A DNA stretch of 64,000 bases from Candidatus Limnocylindrales bacterium (lineage in GTDB: Bacteria; Chloroflexota; Limnocylindria; Limnocylindrales; CSP1-4), in contig JBBRSJ010000017.1 in NCBI GenBank assembly GCA_038245515.1, forward strand, positions 3,446 through 67,445, read 5' to 3'. The number at the start of each line of letters is the position of its first letter. Positions within the stretch are counted from its first letter, which is position 1. A model generated the notes under the pieces. It did no database searches and was not told the origin of the DNA. It saw nothing but the letters and a program-made list of their open reading frames with translations. Positions 57,901 to 64,000 of this stretch are shown here, piece by piece. A program made the position numbers and the translations under genes.

Positions 57901-59049
57901 TCAGCCCGCTCCGAACTCGACCATGGTCCGGACGCCCTCGCCCCGGCGCATCGCCGCGAACGCGTTCTCGATCCCCTCGAGGTTCGTCCGTCCAGTGACC
58001 AACCGCTCCGCCGGGAGGCGCCCCGCGAGGTGGAGCGCCGCGTAGCGCGGGAAGTCGACAGCCGGATCCGCGGAACCGTAGTTCGAGCCGAGGATTCGGC
58101 GGCCGCCGTCGACGAACGGGAACGGCTCGAACGACGCCCGGACGCCAAACTGCGTCATTCCGACGAGGCACGCCGTGCCGCCTGTCGGGAGGCACCCGAT
58201 GGCGGTCTCGATCGTGGCCCGCAGGCCGATCGCTTCGAAACACGTGTCGGGCCCGCCATCGGTGAGGTCGCGGATCTCCGCCAGCGTCTCGACGGGGTCG
58301 GAACCGGCCAACAGGACGTCGGTCGCGCCGACGGATCGAGCCAGCTCGAGCTTCGCCGCCACGCGATCAACGGCCACGATCCGCGCCGCACCCGCGAGCG
58401 TCGCACCCATCACGCACGACAATCCCACCCCGCCAAGCCCGATGACGACGACCGACGAACCAGGCGGCACCTCGGCGGTCTTCGTCGCCGCCCCGACGCC
58501 GGTCGTCACGCAGCAACCGATCAAGGCGGCCACCTCGGGGGGCGTGCCGTCCGGGACGGGTATCGCCGCGGCCGCGGGCACGTTCTGGCGGTCGGCGAAC
58601 GTCCCGATCGCGCAGTACGTGAGCACGTCGCCCGCGCCGTCGGGCCGGTGGGTGGCCGCCCGCCCGCTCGGCATCCGGTGGGTGTACGACGGCGACGCCG
58701 AGCACGACCAGACGCGGCCCGCCCGACAGGCGCGGCAGCGCCCGCAGGGGATCAGCCACGCGAGGGCCACGAGACCGCCGACCCGGAGACCCGGGAACGC
58801 CTCCGCGACGCCGTCGCCAAGCCCCTCGACGAACGCGGATCCCTCGTGACCGAGCACGATCGGACCCTCGCGCTCCCATTCGCCGTCGCGAACGTGCAGA
58901 TCGGAGTGGCAGACGCCGGCCGCCGCCATCCGAATGCGGACCTCGCCGGGGCCCGGCGGATCCAGCTCGAGGGTCTCGATCCGAATGGGGACGCCCGGCC
59001 GGTCGAGGACCGCGGCCCGGATCGTGGATGTTGCGGTCGCGGGGCTCAT
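57901..59049 (-). CDS. Zinc-dependent alcohol dehydrogenase (class III / thiol-dependent formaldehyde dehydrogenase-like)
   Basis: GVCHSDLH, GHEG, structural-zinc CGRCRAC and GLGGVG NAD fold. Confidence 0.88.
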   Translation of the reverse strand: MSPATATSTIRAAVLDRPGVPIRIETLELDPPGPGEVRIRMAAAGVCHSDLHVRDGEWEREGPIVLGHEGSAFVEGLGDGVAEAFPGLRVGGLVALAWLIPCGRCRACRAGRVWSCSASPSYTHRMPSGRAATHRPDGAGDVLTYCAIGTFADRQNVPAAAAIPVPDGTPPEVAALIGCCVTTGVGAATKTAEVPPGSSVVVIGLGGVGLSCVMGATLAGAARIVAVDRVAAKLELARSVGATDVLLAGSDPVETLAEIRDLTDGGPDTCFEAIGLRATIETAIGCLPTGGTACLVGMTQFGVRASFEPFPFVDGGRRILGSNYGSADPAVDFPRYAALHLAGRLPAERLVTGRTNLEGIENAFAAMRRGEGVRTMVEFGAG

Positions 59050-59088
59050 CGGCGCAGGATCGCACGTTCGTCACGCTGCATGGCTGCG

Positions 59089-59094
59089 TAGACT
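59089..59094 (+). promoter_or_regulatory. -10-like TAGACT, 6 nt upstream of ATG 59101 (leaderless-type)
   Basis: The sequence reads TAGACT-CTGACG-ATG. Confidence 0.5.
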
Positions 59095-59100
59095 CTGACG

Positions 59101-60048
59101 ATGCCGCGTTACGTCCCCGAGGACTCCCTCAAGAGCCCGCGGTTCACGGGTCCCTCCACCTTCGCCCGGCTGCCCAACGTCCGGACGACCGACGAGGTCG
59201 ACGTCGCGATCGTCGGGGTCCCGTTCGACACAGGCGTGACGTACCGCGTCGGCGGCCGCTTCGGGCCCAACGCCGTTCGGGCGGCGAGCGTCATGCTCCG
59301 GCCGTATAACCCGAATCTCGACGTGAAGCCGTTCGAGATTCTGTCCTGCGTCGACTACGGCGACGTCGCGATCGTGCCCGGCTACACGGAGCGGAGCTAC
59401 GCCGCGATCGAGACGGCCCTCGAGCCGATCGTCGCCGCCGGGGTCGTGCCGCTCCTGATCGGCGGCGACCACGCCTGCACCTTGCCCCACCTCCGCGCGA
59501 CGCGCTCGGTCGGTCCGGTCGCGGTGATCGACTTCGACTCGCACACGGATGCCTGGGACAGCTATTTCGGCGAGAAGTACAACCACGGCACGTGGATGCG
59601 CCGGGCGATCGAGGAGGGCCTCGTCGACGTCGACCGCTCGATCGAGGTCGGCCTGCGCGGCTCGCTCTACGACACCGCGGACTGGACGGGCCTCCGGACC
59701 GAGCTCGGCCTCGAGTACCTGACCACCGAGGATGTCTTCCGGCTCGGACCCGACGCGGTCGCGGCAGCGATCCGCGAGCGGGTCGGCGATCGGCGGGCGT
59801 TCATCAGCTTCGACATTGACGTCGTCGACCCGGCCTACGCCCCCGGCACCGGCACGCCGGAGGCCGGCGGCCCGTCGGCCCGCGACATGCTCGCGATCCT
59901 GCGTGGCCTGACCGGGATCGACTTCGTCGGGTTCGATGTCGTGGAGGTCATCCCGGCTTACGATCCGGCCGCCCAGACCGCGACCCTCGCCGCCAACCTC
60001 GCCTACGAGATGCTGTCGCTCGTCGCCCTGCGCCGGATCGCCCGATGA
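59101..60048 (+). CDS. Ureohydrolase family enzyme (agmatinase / guanidino-acid hydrolase-like)
   Basis: Mn-site motifs IGGDHACT, DFDSHTD and SFDIDVVDP. The substrate cannot be assigned from sequence. Confidence 0.87.
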   Translation: MPRYVPEDSLKSPRFTGPSTFARLPNVRTTDEVDVAIVGVPFDTGVTYRVGGRFGPNAVRAASVMLRPYNPNLDVKPFEILSCVDYGDVAIVPGYTERSYAAIETALEPIVAAGVVPLLIGGDHACTLPHLRATRSVGPVAVIDFDSHTDAWDSYFGEKYNHGTWMRRAIEEGLVDVDRSIEVGLRGSLYDTADWTGLRTELGLEYLTTEDVFRLGPDAVAAAIRERVGDRRAFISFDIDVVDPAYAPGTGTPEAGGPSARDMLAILRGLTGIDFVGFDVVEVIPAYDPAAQTATLAANLAYEMLSLVALRRIAR

Positions 60049-60944
60049 CGGAAGCGCTCGACTGGCGGGCGACGCTGCCGCACGGCTTCGGCTGGCCCGA
60101 CGGGATTCGGGCGGCGGCCTGCTTCACCTTCGACGTGGACGCCGAGAGCCCGATCCTGTTCGAGCACCCCGAGAGCGCCGCCTGGCTCGACATGATGAGC
60201 CACCAGGCGTATGGGGCGCGAACCGGCATCGCCCGGATCCTCCGCCTCCTCGACCGGCGCGCGATCCGGGCGACGTTCTTCATCCCGGGCTTCAGTGCCG
60301 AACGCTGGCCGGACATCTGCCGGGCGATCCGCGACGCCGGCCACGAGATCGCCCATCACGGCTACCTCCACGAAGGCGCCCACGGCGCGAGCCCGGCCGA
60401 GGAGGAAGCCCGCCTCGTCCGTGGTCTCGCCTCACTCGACGAGGTTCTCGGGATCCGCCCGACGGGCTACCGCGGGCCGAACTGGGAGCTGAGCTTCGAT
60501 ACGCCGGCGTTGCTGGTTCGCCATGGCTTTGCCTACGACTCGGGGCTGATGGACGCGGATCATCCGTACGTGCTTGCGACGTCGCCCGAGCCCGGCGCGC
60601 CGACGCTGGTCGAGCTCCCGGGTCACTGGGCGCTCGATGACTGGGAGCCGTACAACTACCTGCCCGGGATCACCGGATCCGGCGTGATCTCGAGCCCCGC
60701 TGACGTCCTCGCTCGCTGGACGCTCGAGCTCGAGGCGCTCGTCGACGAGGGCGGCCTCTTCATGCTCACGAACCACCCGTTCGTGTCCGGCCGGGCATCG
60801 CGAGCTGTCGCACTCGAACAGCTGATCGAGCGGGCCCAGGAGATCGACGGCCTGTGGATCGCGACCGCCGACGAGATCGCAACCCACGTGGCCACCCTCG
60901 ACCTCGCGCCGGTCGTCCATCGCCGGCCGGTCCTGCCCGGCTGA
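60045..60944 (+). CDS. Polysaccharide deacetylase family protein (PuuE allantoinase-like)
   Basis: The ATG overlaps the upstream TGA. Contains FTFDVDAES, ATFFIPG and HEIAHHGYLHE. Confidence 0.8.
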   Translation: MTEALDWRATLPHGFGWPDGIRAAACFTFDVDAESPILFEHPESAAWLDMMSHQAYGARTGIARILRLLDRRAIRATFFIPGFSAERWPDICRAIRDAGHEIAHHGYLHEGAHGASPAEEEARLVRGLASLDEVLGIRPTGYRGPNWELSFDTPALLVRHGFAYDSGLMDADHPYVLATSPEPGAPTLVELPGHWALDDWEPYNYLPGITGSGVISSPADVLARWTLELEALVDEGGLFMLTNHPFVSGRASRAVALEQLIERAQEIDGLWIATADEIATHVATLDLAPVVHRRPVLPG

Positions 60945-60956
60945 CGCCAGGCAAGG

Positions 60957-60986
60957 CGAGACCCCCGGCGGGTGCCGAGGGTCTCG
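60957..60986. terminator. 8-bp stem hairpin CGAGACCC...GGGTCTCG between convergent genes
   Basis: Arms at 60957-60964 and 60979-60986 with a 14-nt loop. Confidence 0.4.
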
Positions 60987-61020
60987 TGCTCCTGGTTGCC
61001 GGCCGGAAGGCCACCCCGCA

Positions 61021-62424
61021 TCAGGCCCGTCGCAGGCTGGACCTTGCTCCGACCCAATAGATCGCGAACGCGACGCCGCCGCCCACGTAGTACGCCAGAT
61101 CTGCGCCGTGGAGGTAGTTCGCGGTGATGTAGTTGAAGGGGCCGCCCCACGCGTACCCGAGCGACGAGTTCTGGAAGGGGATCCCGACCAGGAATCCGAC
61201 GACCAACGCCGCGAGCGCCACGGTCCCATTCGGAAGTGCTCCGAAGTTGACAATGGAATTCGGGTCGGCCTGCCGCCGACGGAGCCACCAGTCGGCCAGG
61301 ACGACTCCAACGAAGGGCGAGATCCAGTAGCTGATGAACAGCAGGAAGTTCGTGAAGTTGGTCGCGAAGTCCCCGGTGTTCAGGACGAGGGTGAACAGGA
61401 AGCCGAGGATGGCGACCGTGGCCGCCGAGTAGATCCGCTTGATCCGGAGGCCGGCCGCCTGCAGCGACAGCGATCCCGTGTAGTCGTTCATCGCGTTGAC
61501 GGCCACGGTCGCGATCGCGATCGCGACCATCGCCAGGCTTGCGACGATCGCGCCGCTGCCGCCGAGGACGTCGTAGATCGTCTGGCTGGACTCGCCGCCG
61601 GTTGCCTTTGATGCCACGAGCAGCCCGAGGACTTCGAGCCAGGCCGACGCGATGGCCATTCCGGCGAGGGTGTACCAGAACACCTGTCGGGTCGATGTGT
61701 TCGAGGGCAGGTATCGCGAGTAATCCGAGGCGTAGAGCGCCCAGGCGAGGACAAAGCTCGCGACGATCGCGACCATCGCGATGAACGCACCGACCTGGTC
61801 GAGCCCGCTCAATCCGTCGGTCAGGCTCGTATCCGCCTTGCCGAGGATCGCGATCGTGAGGATGACAAACATCACCCCGAGGACGAGCGCCGCCCATTTC
61901 TCGAAGGTGTGGATCGCCTCGTAGCCGAAGATCCCGAGCGCGCCCTGGCACAGGACGATGATCAGGAGGCCGACGACGAACGGTAGCCCCGGGATCAGGA
62001 TCGTCAGCGCGTATGCCCCGAACAGGCTGTTGATCCCGTCCCAGCCGATCGTGCTCAGCCAGTTCAGGATGCCAGGGACGACGATCGACTTGCCGAACGG
62101 CAGCCGCGCCGCCGGCATCTGGGCCAGGCCGAGCTTCGGACCCATCGTGCTGAGCATGGCGACGAAGAATGACCCGACGAGATTGCCGACGACGATCGCC
62201 AGGAGCCCGGTCACGAACCCGAGCTTCAGAAAGTCGAGCGTGACCAGCGTGCCGATGAAGAAGGCCGCCGGGACGAGGTTCGGCGTGAACCAGACGGTGA
62301 AGATCCGGCCGACCGAGCCGTAGCGCGCGTTCTCCGGGATCGGCTCCATGCCGCGACCCTCGATGGAGAGGTCGCCCTCCCGGGTCGGCATCCCCTCGTG
62401 GGGCCGCGCATCCGTCATCGCCAT
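61021..62424 (-). CDS. codB: Purine-cytosine permease (NCS1 family, CodB-like)
   Basis: 467-aa, 12-TM ORF containing ARYGSVGRIFTVWF. GGAGGT lies 6 nt upstream. It is immediately downstream of codA. Confidence 0.82.
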   Translation of the reverse strand: MAMTDARPHEGMPTREGDLSIEGRGMEPIPENARYGSVGRIFTVWFTPNLVPAAFFIGTLVTLDFLKLGFVTGLLAIVVGNLVGSFFVAMLSTMGPKLGLAQMPAARLPFGKSIVVPGILNWLSTIGWDGINSLFGAYALTILIPGLPFVVGLLIIVLCQGALGIFGYEAIHTFEKWAALVLGVMFVILTIAILGKADTSLTDGLSGLDQVGAFIAMVAIVASFVLAWALYASDYSRYLPSNTSTRQVFWYTLAGMAIASAWLEVLGLLVASKATGGESSQTIYDVLGGSGAIVASLAMVAIAIATVAVNAMNDYTGSLSLQAAGLRIKRIYSAATVAILGFLFTLVLNTGDFATNFTNFLLFISYWISPFVGVVLADWWLRRRQADPNSIVNFGALPNGTVALAALVVGFLVGIPFQNSSLGYAWGGPFNYITANYLHGADLAYYVGGGVAFAIYWVGARSSLRRA

Positions 62425-62458
62425 TCCCTGACCTCCAATCCGGGCGAACGCACGATCG

Positions 62459-63850
62459 TCATCGGTCGGCGTCCCCCTCGCTCCAGGCGCGGCTCGGACC
62501 CGCGCCGTTCATCGCCATCGGCGCCGACGTGGCGCCACCACCCCCCACGGGATCGCGCCGGTACGTGACGGGCTGGGCGGCCCCATCGACGTGAACGACG
62601 CTCCGTGCCGGCTCCGTCTCGGCGACGACCCGGCCATTGCGGACGACCCACAGCGCCGCGGGGCGGAGGCGGATCGCCTCGGCCTCGTCAACGCAATCGA
62701 AAACGACGAAGTTGGCGGGCTTGCCGGTCGCGACACCGTATTCGACCTCGGCGGCGCGGGCGGGATTTGTCGTGATCATCTCCCAGGCCCGAAACAGCTC
62801 GCCCCGTCCCGTCATCTGGGCGACGTGGACGAGCATCGAGAGGGCGTCGATCATCGAGCCTCGGCCCAGCGGGTACCACGGGTCCATGATCGAGTCGTGG
62901 CCGCAGGCGACATTGACCCCGGCCGCGTCGAGTTCCTTGACCCGGGTCATCCCGCGTCGCTTCGGATACGTGTCGAAACGGCCCGAGAGCACGATGTTGT
63001 CGAACGGGTTGGCGACGATCGTGACCCCGGCCCGCTTCAGGATCTGGAGCAGCTTGAAGGCGTAGGCGTCGTTGTACGAGCCCATCGCGGTCGTGTGGCC
63101 GGCGACGACCCGGCCGCCCATCCCGTCGCGCATCGTTCGGGCGGCCACGACCTCGAGAAAGCGCGACTGGTCGTCGTCGGTCTCGTCGCAGTGGAGGTCG
63201 ATCGGGGCGCCGGTCTCGCGCGCCAGGTCGAACAGGAAGTGGACCTCTTCGACGCCGTCGTCACGGGTCCATTCGTAGTGGGGAATGCCGCCGATGACAT
63301 CGCAGCCGAGGCGCATCGCCTCGCGCATGAGCTCCTTTCCATTCGGGAACGACAGGATCCCGTCCTGGGGGAACGCGATGAGCTGGACCTCGACGAGGTC
63401 GCGCAGCTCGTCGCGGAGCTCGATCAGCGCCCGCATCGCGGTGAGGCTCGGATCGCACACGTCGACGTGCGAGCGGATCAGCCCCGTCCCCTGGGCAACT
63501 TCCCACAGGATCGCCTGCCGGGCTCGGTCCTTGACATCGTCGTGCGTCAGGAAGGGCTTCCGCTCGGCCCAGGTGTGGATGCCCTCGATCAGCGTTCCGG
63601 ACTCGTTGTAGCGCGGCTCGCCGACCGTCAGGACGGCGTCGAGATGGACGTGCGGATCGACCAGCGGCGGCGAAAGGAGCCTGCCGCCGGCGTCGAGCTC
63701 CAGCCGATCGCCGGTGGAGATCGAGCCGGCCGGTTCGATCGCGACGATTCGCTCGCCTTCGACCAGGACGTCGAACGGGTCGACGGGACCGCCCCGCGTG
63801 GGATGGATGCGCGCGTTGCGGACGATCAGGCCCGTCGTCGCCACTTGCAC
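62459..63850 (-). CDS. codA: Cytosine deaminase-like amidohydrolase
   Basis: It tracks E. coli CodA along most of its length: PHVHLD, GTLIEGIHTWAERK, IAFPQDGIL, HCDETDD, GHTTAM, TYPKRRGMTRVKEL and CGHDSIMDPWYPLG. Extra ~35-aa tail. Confidence 0.88.
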   Translation of the reverse strand: MQVATTGLIVRNARIHPTRGGPVDPFDVLVEGERIVAIEPAGSISTGDRLELDAGGRLLSPPLVDPHVHLDAVLTVGEPRYNESGTLIEGIHTWAERKPFLTHDDVKDRARQAILWEVAQGTGLIRSHVDVCDPSLTAMRALIELRDELRDLVEVQLIAFPQDGILSFPNGKELMREAMRLGCDVIGGIPHYEWTRDDGVEEVHFLFDLARETGAPIDLHCDETDDDQSRFLEVVAARTMRDGMGGRVVAGHTTAMGSYNDAYAFKLLQILKRAGVTIVANPFDNIVLSGRFDTYPKRRGMTRVKELDAAGVNVACGHDSIMDPWYPLGRGSMIDALSMLVHVAQMTGRGELFRAWEMITTNPARAAEVEYGVATGKPANFVVFDCVDEAEAIRLRPAALWVVRNGRVVAETEPARSVVHVDGAAQPVTYRRDPVGGGGATSAPMAMNGAGPSRAWSEGDADR

Positions 63851-64000
63851 CTCTGCTGTGACCCCGCGGCAGTGTGCGCGGCCCCCGAGGCCAGAGTCAA
63901 GGTTGTGGCCGGCGCACAGGAACGACGATGGCGGCGTTGCCGCCTGCGGTCCTGGCTCATAGGCCTGAAGCCTGCTCGCTGCAGTCCCCGGACGGCGCCT

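Noticed and set aside
38116-62463. The 9-mer ATCGTGCGT recurs in three intergenic places: 38116 (plus), 39771 (plus), and 62463-62455 (minus, in the codA-codB spacer).
   Set aside because: The flanks share nothing further. Three hits of a 9-mer on two strands of 64 kb is only mildly above expectation. I keep only the local three-copy cluster at 37992-38132 as a finding.

Overview
Very GC-rich bacterial chromosome segment. Third codon positions are almost all G/C, so most long Arg/Pro/Gly/Ala-rich alternative-frame and antisense ORFs in the track are shadow ORFs. Taxon cannot be assigned from sequence alone; gene order suggests a high-GC Terrabacteria lineage (Actinomycetota/Chloroflexota-like).

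The left two thirds is a dense, almost entirely plus-strand core region:
- the end of the S10 operon and complete spc and alpha ribosomal operons (rpsS through rplO-secY-adk-map-infA-rpmJ-rpsM-rpsK-rpsD-rpoA-rplQ);
- truA-rplM-rpsI, argF and a TPR protein;
- the c-di-AMP/cell-wall-precursor module cdaA-cdaR-glmM-glmS;
- acpS-nnrD-alr, then a macro-domain gene plus three uncharacterised genes;
- tsaE-tsaB-rimI-tsaD-rsmA-ispE-ridA, glmU and a CNNM/CorC transporter.

The right third is mixed-strand and more accessory: polyprenyl synthase, recO-GNAT-ABC exporter-M19 dipeptidase, glyQS, an MSOX-like flavoenzyme, an HTH-nuclease fragment, FNR, a hydrolase pseudogene, NTF2-like, TetR, ppdK, MFS, maeA, ndh, Zn-ADH, ureohydrolase + deacetylase, and codA-codB.

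I recognised no rRNA, tRNA, CRISPR array, transposase or integrase.

Most interesting observations:
1. A ~3.7 kb four-gene block sits between alr and tsaE. It comprises a macro domain, a 96-aa protein, a 544-aa degenerate actin-fold/GlmL-like protein and a 363-aa beta-rich protein. The last two have their own leaderless-type promoter.
2. TANNNT boxes recur 6-9 nt upstream of start codons, implying widespread leaderless or near-leaderless transcription. This allowed several start-codon refinements.
3. Ribosomal proteins carry unusual extensions, notably a uL15 of 320 aa.
4. An FNR gene is flanked by two 3'-truncated genes: an HTH-PD-(D/E)xK protein and a frameshifted alpha/beta hydrolase.
5. 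truA has its catalytic N-terminus upstream of any canonical in-frame start, next to a C5 homopolymer.

All functional calls rest on my reading of the translated motifs; no database search was run.
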